From NCBI RefSeq assembly GCF_006345805.1, contig NC_042999.1:57908001-57972000 (forward strand): DNA of 64,000 nucleotides. The letters are read 5' to 3'. The notes under the pieces are model-generated. The model ran no database searches. It was not told where the DNA came from and saw only the letters and a list, made by a program, of their open reading frames with translations. Shown piece by piece: positions 26,106-39,200 of this stretch. The translations under genes and the position numbers were made by a program. Position 1 is the first letter of the stretch; each line of letters starts with the position of its first letter. The stretch is from Octopus sinensis (Eukaryota).

Positions 26106-26394
26106 GGGAAAAGGCAGTATCGATTATTTTGGTCCTAGATGCTGCACTGGATTATGTTTCACCATACTATGGGATGGTCATAACTAGAATACCTTTAACC
26201 AAAGGTCTGCTCGATCAGGACTGACCCGGGGCTAAGCAAATAGTAACAATTACGACTATATCGTAAGATAATGGGATTTCTCCATTGTGTTTAAAAGCTA
26301 TGTGTATGTATTAAAACTATGTATATATTTACACACGATATATACATATGTATGTATATTACTCTCTCTGTATATATGTTTATATTATATGCAT

Positions 26395-26912
<518 letters not shown>

Positions 26913-27451
26913 ATAAATATAAATATTAATGAATGTTTTTAAAGTGAGGCAAAAATATTTTTATTAAAACTTAAGTTTCAGTGTTGTTTACGTTATTAAA
27001 CTGCTTATTATAAAATAAAGTTTTCTGTAGTTTGAAAAATTTAGAGTGATTTTTTTCGTAATTTATTTTCTTGTTATTTATTATTGTAGGAGGAATGCTC
27101 GGTGATATTTCTGTCTTAGCAAGTAATGTTGTGGTTCTGGAAATTATGAGAAAAATAAGTGAACGACGCCATCGTCAAATGTAGAATCCTCCAGCCAAAG
27201 AAATGAGAACATAGGCGGTCGTTCGACATGTTAGATATAGTAGCCAAATTGCCCTCAAACACAGAATGTATTGTAGCGATTACATTAACGATGTACCTTT
27301 TTTTTTTGTTTTATTTTTAAGAGTAAGTCGTAAGAAAGGAAGGGTACATACAACAATGTAGTCCGAAGGGTACATACAATAATGTAGTACCTCAGTAATA
27401 AAAAGGAAAAAAATTGACCTAATGGTCATTATTGAATGTCTTTGATTATAG

Positions 27452-27517
27452 GTCGATTCGATCAAAGACGACATGAGGCTAAATAACAGAAAAGAAACTG
27501 AACAACGAGACAACGAG
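27452..27517 (+). other. Candidate isolated exon (66 nt)
   Basis: TCTTTGATTATAG acceptor, GAG/GTAAGT donor, one open frame VDSIKDDMRLNNRKETEQRDNE; no homology recognised. Confidence 0.3.
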
Positions 27518-27784
27518 GTAAGTTTCTGGACCAGTGGCTCTCAAATAGGAGGAATAGTAATTCCCGTGGGTAAACATTTACATGGCAAGGGGTAAATATA
27601 TCATACCTGAAAATTAAGTATTAATTCTGTTAAAACCTTAACAATAAAGTTGTTCCGTCTTCGTTTTCCTATGTCTTTATGCCGGCTACGCATTTTTTTT
27701 TTATAGATTAGAGAAAGGAGGTAAATGGCGAAATACATTAAGCTAAGGGTGAATGACAGGGGAAGGGGTTGAGAATCACTAATC

Positions 27785-27965
27785 TACCTGTCACTCAATT
27801 TGCTAGAAATAACAGCTGAATCCCTTTCTCGAGTGAATCTGATTAAAGGGGAGGACACGTAAATAACGCAGTCCAAGATACACTCATTATAAGCGATATA
27901 GTCATGGTTGGATTGTCTTTGATTATAAGTCTGCTAAAACAAGGCCGACCTACGGTTAAACTATT
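27785..27965. repeat. Representative of a diverged ~180-bp dispersed family (GCTAGAAATAACAGC...GATCATAGGTCTGCT...GCTGAC); relatives near 6300, 7330, 17600, 17950, 26110, 57800, 62050, 63470
   Basis: Recurring blocks GCTAGAAATAGCAGCCAAAT and TGATCATAGGTCTGCT across the window. Confidence 0.65.
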
Positions 27966-30900
27966 ACTGTTAATATTTAACAATAACTTTCGTTTTCCGC
28001 TTAATTTTTTTCTTTCTTTTTATTTTTCTGACAGGTTTTGTCTAGTTTTCGCATTAACCGAAATATAGTAAATGTCGAAGTAGCATTCTAATGTTTTACT
28101 TTTAATTATTAAATGCATTATTTATATTCCTGTTTTTCCATTTTTTTAGTAAGGGAGGAAAAAAGATAGGCCTTAATTAATAACAGGAATTTGTTTTTGA
28201 ACCTTAAAAGCACGATAGCTTAATTGAAAATTAACGAAATTATATCTCAATTAAAAAAAGGCCTAGTAGAGTCGTCTACAAACTATATATTCAAATTATA
28301 AGCTATCGTTCTTAAAAATTTACAAATTCTTATATTAACTTTATATTTTCATAATAACTTAGCTCAATTATGAAAGTAGCTTTCATACTGCCGTAGGTGT
28401 AGTAGTTATTTAGTGAGAGGTTTTAAACTATTTCATTCGCACGCATAAGACCTAAGCATATACAATGAGTCATTTATGCGCGCCAACACTGTCCACTTAT
28501 CTACTTCGGATGATGAATAATCAGAACAGAAAGGACATTGAGTACTGAGTTGTTTCTAAAATTTTTAATTGTATTTATCTGTGTTCCATACATCTTCAAA
28601 TAATATTTGGTAAAAAATAATCAATAATAAAGATATTGTTTAATTAAAACTGAGGTTTGATTTTTTTTCCCCTTCTTTTCTCAGCCACAAAATTTCCTCT
28701 GGTTAATTTGACCCCCTTTCCCCCCCCCCCCCGTATTGAATATTTCCATCAAAAATCGGCTACTACTGTCCAAACACAAGTAAAGAGAGATGCTACATCT
28801 GTCATTTAGTAGAAACAGCGCTTTTGCACTCAGTATCCGAGCACCTCCCTTCCACGAATACAAATGACAAGTACCATGAATGAATATGCTGGCCTCTGTT
28901 CTAGAGCCTCATTTACTTATATGTATATTCATTTTAATTAAATATTTTAGATCCTTTATAAGTTCTCTAATTTTGTATAAAATCTATAGGGATAATTAAA
29001 TTCGGTAATTATATGTTTATTCCTGCGACATAAACTGATGAAAAGAATATCCAACGTAGTATATGCTTTCATGTAGTCGCTCGACTTCGTAGCAATCATT
29101 TCCTTCAACCCGATCCCTTCCGCATGGAAAAAGGGACCAGTTACATTACGGAAGTGAAATATTTAACTGCATGCATAGCAAGAAAGAAGAAAGGATAGCC
29201 ACATAAAATATCGGTCGAACGATAGAAAATTCGATACCACCCACATATATCAACAGGACGATCAAGGTTGGAGCATCTTTAATCATAGTTTTGTTCAGAG
29301 CTGACTTGGGCTTAAACAACAACATTTGTAGTCTTTAATAAAACGAAGACAGTATATCCAGAGTTCTGGATCTGTATGATTACCCCCAGACGATCGACCA
29401 TGCTAGTTCTACATAAGCAGGACAAACCGCGTAGTGTGGGGGGGGGGTAACAACAACTAAGGAAAATCAATTGCTGGATGAGTTATTCGAGGCGTGGTTA
29501 TTGGTAGGCGAAAACGATGCTTAATAGACTCGAAAATGCTTCTTTGATAAAGATTTTCTGATTGAAATTAAAAGAATTAATCAAATTAATACTAAGTAGT
29601 TTTTTAAATTTTGTATTTATCCTTGGGTTTAAAGTTATGCCATTCATACACAGGTTAGAATTAGTTGCAGAAGAATTTCACTCTCCATCTCCATCACTCT
29701 TAGAATCGGCACCAATGTATGGTGGAGTGAGGTGTTGGGTGTGGAAAGTCTCAATTCTGGGGCAACTTCATGGAATGTCATGAACGAAATGCAGGTCAAT
29801 TTGTTATGCTTACTAAGGTAAATTTAACTTTGAAGTGGACCCAAGAAAAAAATAAAATCCCTTCAGTTCTGAAGCTTGTGGGATTATCCAGGGATGACGG
29901 GAAAAAAGCCTGCTAGGCTAGAGATAGATGCTTTATATGGGAGTGATTCTTTCAGTCACATATTCTAAATGCTGAGATGCTTTTTAGGTTTTATATCATC
30001 TTCATCTCTAATCCACATCTATTCAAATACGAAATATTTAACCAAACTATCGATAATAAAAACAATCTTTATGTAAGACTTAATTTCTTTTCCTATTCAT
30101 AATACAAATATGTGCTGGGCTGTAAAATTCTTTCTGGTTAATTTGAACCAATTACATTTCTGTATCAAATATTTCTGTCAAATACAGGCCATCATTTCTA
30201 GTAATTTACGAAAGTAACAACTATTGCAGGTAAATTACATATTTTTTAAGTCATGGCATTTGAGATATTTGGAGGAGTTTAACCACTAACCACAAAGTTC
30301 TTAACTTTGGTATTTTCTATTGTGTGTGTTATCTGACCAAAGTGTGATGTGAAGCTTTGGTGGGCACAAAACAGTATGAGTATCACAGGCTCACAATAGT
30401 GTCTTGTGTTGCTTCTGTTGATAAAATGGAAAACCAAAAAAAAAAATGAAGTTTCAGATATGTACTTGCCAGGCAAGCGATTTGATCGGAGACCATGTGT
30501 TTAAACTAAAATGATTGCAGTAGGGAAGACACATGTTAGCCATTCGTTAACTTTACTGACAAGGTTAACCTTGACCAGGTTGCAATTCGAGTGATGAAAA
30601 TTTTGACACCATATGACATAATAAATGCTTAAGTAACAGCCTTTGCATGATTTTAAATGGTTAAAATGTTTCTTCCATGCTGCAAAAGAGAGAAAAAATT
30701 CTAAAAATAAAAAAATAGGAAGGATGAACCACATTTATTCTCTGATTATTTATCTAGTTTGTCTATGGACAGAAATAAGTTCCTCTTTGTTATGCACCTT
30801 TTGATGTTAAGAATTTTTCAGTGACATGTTAATATTAATGAATAGTTGTTTCAAAAATTCCTAATTTGCTACATTGTTTCACAGAGGAATTAAATTGAAC

Positions 30901-31201
30901 AGATATCTAATCAACTAGATGTAGCAATGTATCCATAACCAATATCATTCCATTTGAGATATATATGGAACCCTAGAGTTTCAATACAGAGCAATATTCA
31001 TAAGTAGGTCAATATATGAAGGTGGCATTTCAAAAACAGCAAGCACCTAGGAGTTACAACCTAGGTGAGCCTGGGTCCCTCAGAGTGTCAGAAACTAACA
31101 GGTTGAAACATTTGCGTTGTGAGAGTTCTTCCTCTGAAGATTTCTCCTACTGTCTGCTCACCTTGTAGCAAATTGGTGTAAAAAGAAGACTAATTGGATT
31201 G

Positions 31202-31279
31202 AAAATTTATGACAGCCATTTCAGTAGAATTTTATTAGTATATTCATAGAATAAATCTACCATCTTCAGGTAAAATTTT
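31202..31279 (-). ncRNA. Type I hammerhead ribozyme with long stem II and GUC site
   Basis: AAAAUUUUAC-CUGAAGA-U-[GGUAGA/UCUACU + UUUAUU/AAUAAA]-GAA-AUGGCUGU-C-AUAAAUUUU; first stem I pair is C-A. Confidence 0.72.
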
Positions 31280-32739
31280 AAATAGGCATAAACAAGTGAG
31301 GTAAGACCTTAATGATGACATATCCAACAAACAATATATGTAGTGAAATGGAGGTAGGGAGCTTAGAGAAATAACTTGGGGGCATCCGTACCATGAATTT
31401 GGATGATGAAGTTAAATCATGATGTACTGAATGTCATTCCAAATCATTTCTTAATTTTAAAATATTTACACCTGCGTGAGAGATGGAAAATGTAAATCTA
31501 ACAGTAATTGTTAATGACTCTCAAGGAGAAGGGGAGATAATTTCAAGAAGTTAAGAAAAAATACCATGAGTTAATTTTCATGCCAGGCAAGGGGCAATCT
31601 GATTTTTGATGCAGGCAATTGACAAACAGCTATGAAAATGATTGCTGGAATTTTTTTTTTTTTTTTTTTTTTTTTGCTATACAAAGGGAGATTCCTAAAA
31701 TTAGGAATTTATTGTTTTTGGCTTTCAGTACATCAGTTCACCACCCTTATACTTGAATATATTTTGTGTATGTGCATGCTTCAGTGAGTAGAATTATGCA
31801 GTAGTGTTTCCGTTATCTTTTCCTACAAACCAGGACCATAAGGGCATATATTTGAACTGAGCACTATAAATTAATACATTAATTAATTATATAAAAGTAT
31901 TGATGTATCTAACTATTGCAGCTATTTATGTCTAACTGTACTGAGTCTCTAAAGGTTAATTGCCATAGAGGAAAATGCAGTGACAGTCAAAGGATATTAA
32001 CTAATTTAATGCTCAGCTGGTTATTTGACATTCTGTTAATCCTTCTGGTAATTGTCTGAGTTTTCTGACTCCCTAGTGATCTGTCAGCTGGTTGTCTGGC
32101 ACCATGTTGATTTGTCTGTCATGAACTCTCTGTTGTGTGTGTGTGTGTGCATGCACCCATATGTGCATTTGTGTAAGCCTGCTTTAAACGTTACTGGTGC
32201 AACCTGTTGCATGGTTGGATTGTTGGAGACTAATCTGGCATGGTGTGGTAGGGTGTTGGAAACCCAGCAAGACAATAACAAGACTTGTCAAGAGAATAGA
32301 TGGACACAACATTGAGTCAATGTTTATCCAGTAACAGTGTGTGGTGATATAGAAAAACTGAATATGGTGAACATGCATGCTATAAGACCACTTTGAGAGG
32401 AATATATTCCTAATTATTGTTAGTTGCCATGATAGATCGTTAGCCACTACACACATTTTTTTCTCTCCTTGTTTTTTCTGTGTCCCTTTCTGTACAAGAG
32501 CATAGGTTCGAAATGTAAAAGACTTTTTCTATTCCTGAGCGTTATACTAATACATCTGTTTGTTTTGTACACCACCTGTCTTCGTCTTTTGTTTTTTTTT
32601 TCGTAAACTCTCCTTATTGTTAGAATATCTGTCTTGAAAAAGAGTAGATAGAGCTCTTTAACCATCATGGTGGGGTATCCTAGTTGTGCTGCCTTGTGAA
32701 TAAATCCAGGGAGACTAGTGTTAAAAGAATATACTTCAT

Positions 32740-32960
32740 CATCATCATTATCATCATCATTTAACATACACTTTTCCATGATTGCATGGATTGGACAGAA
32801 TATGTTGAAGCAGATTTTTCTGTAGATGGATGCTCTTCCAGATGCCAACCCTAACCTGTTTCCAAAATGCAGATTTTTCTGTAGATGGATGCTCTTCCAG
32901 ATGCCAACCCTAACCTGTTTCATGAAAGATTGGAGATGAGAGATACTGCTCGCATCACAG
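32740..32960 (-). mobile_element. RTE-type 3' UTR fragment with internal 59-bp-period tandem duplication
   Basis: (GAT)n tail; GCAGATTTTTCTGTAGATGG...CCTGTTTC at 32810 and 32869. Confidence 0.7.
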
Positions 32961-33503
32961 TGACTTTTGTTTACAAATATCACATGAATTCAAGGTAAGG
33001 AGAGAGTAACACATGCGCACATGCACACACACACACACATGCACACAAACACACACACACACACACACACACATGCATGCATACATACATACATACATGC
33101 AAGCATGCATACAAACATGCATGCATGCAAGTGAGTGGACAAATGAAAGGAAAGAGCACTCAGCACATGTAGCAATGGCACATGTATTCCTGTCCAACTA
33201 CACGGTCAAAGAAATTCCCCTTTCTGATGGAATTGGTGTTGCTAAGGAATTGACAATATTCTCTACAATATCAAGTAACCCACTTTGACCTATAGCAGCC
33301 TGTCTTCCAGTAACCATCTTGGACTTCTTCATTCAGCATTCCAGAAGCTTGGAGGAATCAGGCTCCTACTAGGGGCCTGTGAAACTTGATGTTGCACAGA
33401 ACCAAATCAAACTGTTTTAAACCATATATATATATAACTTTGATAACTTTTGGCCAGTATAGGCCCAGGCCATGTCTAACTCAATAACAATATATACATA
33501 CAT

Positions 33504-33575
<72 letters not shown>

Positions 33576-33580
<5 letters not shown>

Positions 33581-33691
33581 AATCAAGGAATGGCCATAAT
33601 AGGCCATTCACCCACTAGAAATAACAGCCAAAGCTTTGGCTGTTATTTCTAGTGGGTGAATGGCCTATTATGGCCATTCCTTGATTGTGAT
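33576..33691. repeat. Perfect 116-bp palindrome centred on AAGCTT
   Basis: 58-bp arms, no spacer, no mismatch; left edge abuts (TA)n. Confidence 0.95.
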
Positions 33692-33789
33692 GTTGAACTT
33701 ATAAATGGTCTATGACTATTTAATTTTTTCCCACTAGGCCGCTGGTGGCAAATAAATTCTACGAAATTTTTTGCCACCCTATATTGATT

Positions 33790-33838
<49 letters not shown>

Positions 33839-34814
33839 GTATATATATGTATATTAATCAGCCGAAATTGCGAGGATGATCCGGTATTTGACTGAAGATT
33901 AGAGGCTTCGAATGATCCATCCGTGTTTTTTGTATTGTCTATTTGAATGTTTTGCGTTCTTGTCCCATTTTGCATTTAAATATATATATATATATATATA
34001 TATATGACAGGCTTCTTTCAGTTTTCTTCTACTGAATCCACTGACAAGGTTTTGGTTGATCCAAGGCTATAGCAGAAAACACTTTACCAAAGTGTCATGC
34101 AGTGGGACTGAACCTGGGACCATGTGGTTGGGAAGCAAACTTCTTATCACACACTATTTTCATATAGCCCAGCAAGTAAGGGATACAACTCCAGACATAT
34201 TTTAGTATAATTCTGACCTCAAGTGCAAAGTACTTGCCTGTACTTTCTGAAGTTGAGATGAGTAAAATTATCTAGTTAATATAATAAATGTACAATAAAT
34301 TGTACATTTATTAGCATGAGAAAATTAATGTATTTGGAAATAAAATAATCAAGAAATGCTAAAATATATTAACTACTAAAGTATGGTGAGAGTTTGATCT
34401 ATGTTCATTTAAGGAAGCTTTGTACTTTTAATAGCTAAATGATCCCTGAATCACTAAATCAATCTTCTACAATTTCATAAATATATTAGAATATCATAAA
34501 TATCTTGCCAATCCTAAAGGAATTGAAAAAGCCACCTTCACAAATATCAAATGTAGTGTATCAAATGCATCAAAGGTAGTGATGTCATATTGGAATTCTG
34601 TAGGAACTTTCTATGCCCAAGAGCAAATATCTGAGATATCAAATATGATCATACATGAAAGGATTAGAAGAGTCATGCTTTTTTTTTCGGAGTTACATAA
34701 AGGAACAGAAAAACATAAGTGGATGAATGTAAGAATGTATGTGTACACACATGCATATATAGACACACATATACTCATATAAACATATAATATATACATA
34801 CAGTATATATAAAT

Positions 34815-34868
<54 letters not shown>

Positions 34869-34880
34869 CATACATACATA

Positions 34881-34964
<84 letters not shown>

Positions 34965-34976
34965 CATACATACATA

Positions 34977-35026
<50 letters not shown>

Positions 35027-35034
35027 CATACATA

Positions 35035-35105
<71 letters not shown>

Positions 35106-35117
35106 CATACATACATA

Positions 35118-35183
<66 letters not shown>

Positions 35184-35247
35184 CATACATACATATATCT
35201 ATATATATACATATATATGTATATATATATACATACATACATATATT

Positions 35248-35330
<83 letters not shown>
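34815..35330. repeat. (TA)n/(TG,CATA) compound microsatellite with higher-order periodicity
   Basis: Direct reading; recurring TACATACATACATATATTTATA unit. Confidence 0.97.
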
Positions 35331-35332
<2 letters not shown>

Positions 35333-35579
35333 ATATATAGACATGATATGTATAAATCATTTATATACAGATAGAGATAGATAGATACATATATAAATAG
35401 ACAGATATACATACAATATACACTAACACACACACATATAGATAAAGGGATTAGATATAGATACACACATATGTATATATATACATGTGTGTATGTAATA
35501 TATTACATATATATAGTATATATTGTATATATCTGGTAATATATGTTACACACACACACACACACACATACATATATAT

Positions 35580-35838
35580 ATCATCATCATCATTTAGCGT
35601 CCGCTTTCCATGCTAGCATGGGTTGGACGGTTCAACTGGGGTCTGTGAAGCCAGAAGGCTGCATCAGGCCCAGTCTGATCTGGCAGTGTTTCTACGGCTG
35701 AATGCCCTTCCTAACGCCAACCACTCCGTGAGTGTAGTGGGTGCTTTTTACATGCCACCCGCACAGGTGCCAGACAGAGCTGACAAACGGCCACGGACGG
35801 ATGGTGCTTTTTACGTGCCACCGGCACGGGGGCCAGGC
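35580..35838 (-). mobile_element. RTE-type 3' UTR element
   Basis: CATCATCATTTAGCGTCCGCTTTCCATGCTAGCATGGGTTGGACGG; relatives at 18391, 40500, 43443, 48500, 60244. Confidence 0.85.
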
Positions 35839-36169
35839 GATGTATAAATATATATTTAATTCATGTTGTATATAAATGCTGTCCTACATAAACCATTAAC
35901 CTGAACTTCATTTTAGAATTTCCAAGGAAGCTCTAAGGTGATACACAAGCAGTCAGCTCTGAGTGCACTGCGCAACAGCAGAAACACCTGTAAGCCAACA
36001 AAGTTGATCAAATAATTCTTATTCCTTTGACATTTAACTAATTTCATATTATACTTTGTACTTAACTATTGCTTTATTCTGAAGCATATGTATATTGTGT
36101 TGTAACACCAGGTTATTAGTATTACTATGCCTCAGTAAAATGCAGCGCTAATCTGATAATCAATATTGA

Positions 36170-36376
36170 CCACACAGACTTAATGTATATACTCAGTATG
36201 TTTGCCGGTAGGCTGTGGTTTAGCATGGTGGAGGTTACTCCCTCACAGTGCTGGGTGTTAAAACACTTGAAAGTCACGGATAGGTGAGACAACTTATCCC
36301 AAATCCCATTGTCGACACCGTGCTAAATTGCAGCCTTCCAGTGAACACACAGTAAATATACATTGTATGTGTGTGG
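36170..36376. repeat. Imperfect fold-back, ~60-bp arms, 85-bp structured spacer
   Basis: GGCTGTGGTTTAGCATGGTG / CACCGTGCTAAATTGCAGCC and outer CCACACA / TGTGTGG. Confidence 0.8.
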
Positions 36377-36703
36377 TTGATAATGTTTATTACACTAGTG
36401 CTGCCTCTATATCATATTTGAATTTATTCTTATGTATACATTGTCGGGGCATCCCAGCACATAGTTTTTATAATATATGTGTATAAATCACGGACTGGTG
36501 GTACGATTCACTTCTGATTCAGTTCAGGTACATAATGTTGATAAGCCACAAAGATATTTTTCAACTACTATTTTCATATTCTTATTACTTGCTCTGGCTG
36601 GGTTATTTTTTTTTTATGAATATGTGAATCTTTATTAGAAATCATTCTTTCTCTCTTTTTGAACCTCTCAAAAAGTTTGAATTGTTCTTTTTGAACTTAT
36701 TTT

Positions 36704-36738
<35 letters not shown>

Positions 36739-36739
<1 letters not shown>

Positions 36740-36960
36740 TTTATTTTAAGCAGCAGAAAATTCAACAAAATCTGTTACTCTGAGTTTCTCGTTGCCGTTC
36801 ATCAGACAGTTTTTGCTAGATTCTAGCAACGGCAACGAGAAACTCAGAGTAACAGATTTTGTTGAATTTTCTGCTGCTTAAAATAAAGCATATTACTCTA
36901 CCACTGGTATTTGAGTACTCTTTTTTCCACCTTGTTTCACATTTATGTGTTTACTCCGGT
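36739..36960 (+). mobile_element. PLE pLTR-like fold-back element flanked by (TA)n
   Basis: Arms ~36743-36799 and ~36828-36883; junction palindrome TGCTAGA-T-TCTAGCA; same tail as 24060-24205. Confidence 0.8.
36772..36809 (-). ncRNA. Minimal type I hammerhead ribozyme (stem III ACUC-A-GAGU)
   Basis: CUGU-CUGAUGA-ACG GCAA CGA-GAA-ACUCAGAGU-A-ACAG; GUA triplet; A-A mismatch closes stem II. Confidence 0.8.
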
Positions 36961-37086
36961 ATATATATATATATATATATATATAGTTAATCCAAACATG
37001 AAAACACAAAGAGAAAACACAACAACGCGAAGACGTGGAACAAATATAGTATTATTGGACGCTCAGGAAGGAAGGGAAGAAGGAGG

Positions 37087-37121
37087 GTTTTACGTTTCGA
37101 GTGGAGCTCTTCGTCAGAAAC
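37087..37121 (-). ncRNA. Minimal type I hammerhead ribozyme (stem III ACGU)
   Basis: GUUU-CUGACGA-A-GAG CUCCA CUC-GAA-ACGU-A-AAAC; all three helices pair. Confidence 0.82.
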
Positions 37122-37646
37122 ATAGGAAAAGGAAAGATCCAGAGAAGAGAAGACGGAGGAAAAAAAATCGCCAACGGTACACACGCAATCACATTTTGAA
37201 AACACACAGATTGTTGTCAACTTACGATCACAATTGATTCTAATTTGGTCGTAAGTCGGCCTATAGGTCTACATAGCTTTGTTTTATATTTTTACATTCT
37301 TAAGGTACATTCTCAGGTAAAAGTCACACACAGCATTCTGTATTATATATTATATTAGAATGTTATGGAGAAATAATCATTGTGAAGGAGAAGCTGTTCT
37401 CCTGCAACAAACAGAACAAAAATAAATATGCATGTGTTATGTCATACGTTCGGATGCTTCTACTAATCTACTCTGCTCGACTTCAACTGACCGCTACTCA
37501 ACTGTTCTAGTCTCTGACGACGTCTAGACTTTTCCCTCTATATCTACATATGGGCTAGCCTACTTCATCATCTGGGCGCGTCGACACAACAACATGTCAT
37601 TATTTCAAATCCACTGTTCAATGTGCAAATGCATATATATATATAT

Positions 37647-37856
37647 AATTATAAATTAGGGTATCTACGAGATATCACCATGCTGAAAATAGCAGCCATG
37701 ATCTGACTCTAAAACCACCATAATTGTCCATATATCAATATGGAGAGATTGTTTTCTCTCCGTGTTGATAGATGGACAATTATGGTGGTTTTAGAGTCAG
37801 ATCATGGCTGCTATTGTCAGCATGGTGGTATCTCGTAGATACCCTAGTTTATAATT
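37647..37856. repeat. Fold-back, ~100-bp arms, 6-nt loop
   Basis: AATTATAAATTAGGGTATCTACGAG... mirrored with 6 mismatches; lies between (TA)n tracts. Confidence 0.93.
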
Positions 37857-37942
37857 TTAATAATTATTACCTCTGAAGGCTATTTTTTCCATGCTGACCA
37901 CTTGATAAAATCGTTATTTTATTTTTAAATTAACGATCTTAT

Positions 37943-37976
<34 letters not shown>

Positions 37977-37977
<1 letters not shown>

Positions 37978-39200
37978 AATAATCTACACCCTAATATTAA
38001 ATTCACAAGAGAAATGACCAACACACAATTACCATTTCTTGACATAATAGTAATTAAAAACAACACCGCAATCATGACTGATATTTATTACAAAAGCACA
38101 GATACACACCAGTACCTGAATTTCAAATCATGCCACCCAACACACACAAAACGCAACATCCTGTACTGTCTGACCAGGAAAATTTGGACTATAGTCGATG
38201 ATCCAAATACCAGAAACACACAACTTATAGAACTTAAAGGATTTCTGCTCAAGCAAAATTACCCTCCCCTACTTATAGAAAATAGCATACAACAAACAAA
38301 AGAGATACCTATAGAACAACTTAGAGAAACATGAAAAAAATGAACCCACCAACGGAAAATAATACCATTTATAGTAACACACAATCTGCATCACCAAAAC
38401 ATTTTTAACATCATCAAAACAAATTTGGCAATCATAGAACAAAATGAAAAATTAAAAAGCATAATAACTAATCAAACACTTATCTTAAGTAAAAGGCCAC
38501 CACATAACCTAAAGAAACTATTAACAAAGGCAAATAAGATACCACATTCACAGTATTCAAGTGCAATGATGACAGATGTGGAACGTGTCAATACATGCAT
38601 ATGGGTAGCTGCATTAGAACAAAAAATGGACAGATTTTTGCAAATGCAGATATGAACTGCAAAAGCAGAAATTTGATTTGCTGCATTAAATGCCCGAATT
38701 GTGAGGAATTACATTCAGGTGAAACGGGGAATGTATTATGGGAATGCTCATGAGTCCACAGACAAGAAATCTGGAACATCAATGTTTGCCAAATTCCATT
38801 GAGTGAACATACAGAGACATGTAGTCAGAAAATGTTTCTAATTTTTCCTTTCCACAAACTACTTGACACAAGTGAGGTTGGAAGAAAGATAAAAGAAAAA
38901 TGGTTTATCAAAATATTCAAACTTGTTCTGAAAGGAAATAACAGCAATAATATAACAACCAGGTAATGATGTGGATTAATAAATATAAACAAGTTACAGA
39001 TTGCGGATTGATCAAAAAGGGATTCTAAAAATTTAGCTGGTTGGAGCATTCTAAGAAGTACTAAAATTGTGAAGAACTCAACTGTCAGTTAAACAGATTT
39101 GAAATCTGATGAGTACACTATGTATGAAAGCATTAATTATGTTAAAATACCATAAAAAAATGTGAAAACCAGACTGTTTTAACTTTATTCAACTGATATC
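37977..39200 (+). mobile_element. 5'-truncated Penelope-like element: RT C-terminus, GIY-YIG endonuclease, 3' pLTR
   Basis: NLHPNIKFTRE..LPFLDI..TDIYYKSTDTHQYLNFKSCHP (RT end); C..DRCGTC and NLICCIKCPNCEELHSGETG (GIY-YIG-like); stops and frameshifts; begins at (TA)n. Confidence 0.92.
39103..39138 (+). ncRNA. Minimal hammerhead motif in the PLE 3' region
   Basis: AAU-CUGAUGA-GUAC ACUAU GUAU-GAA-AGCAUU-A-AUU; ~165 nt after the endonuclease end. Confidence 0.65.

Noticed and set aside
30461-30545. U1 snRNA-like start (TACTTGCCAGGCA)
   Set aside because: Similarity stops after ~13 nt; no U1 stem-loops or Sm site; matches the repeat at 15733-15878
33885-33925. Hammerhead-like CTGAAGA...GAAT
   Set aside because: A15.1 missing, no stable stem II, stem I only 2 bp
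35955-35998. GAAACACCTGT-A-AGCC, HHR 3'-half-like
   Set aside because: Upstream core reads CTGAGTG and needs two indels to restore; too speculative
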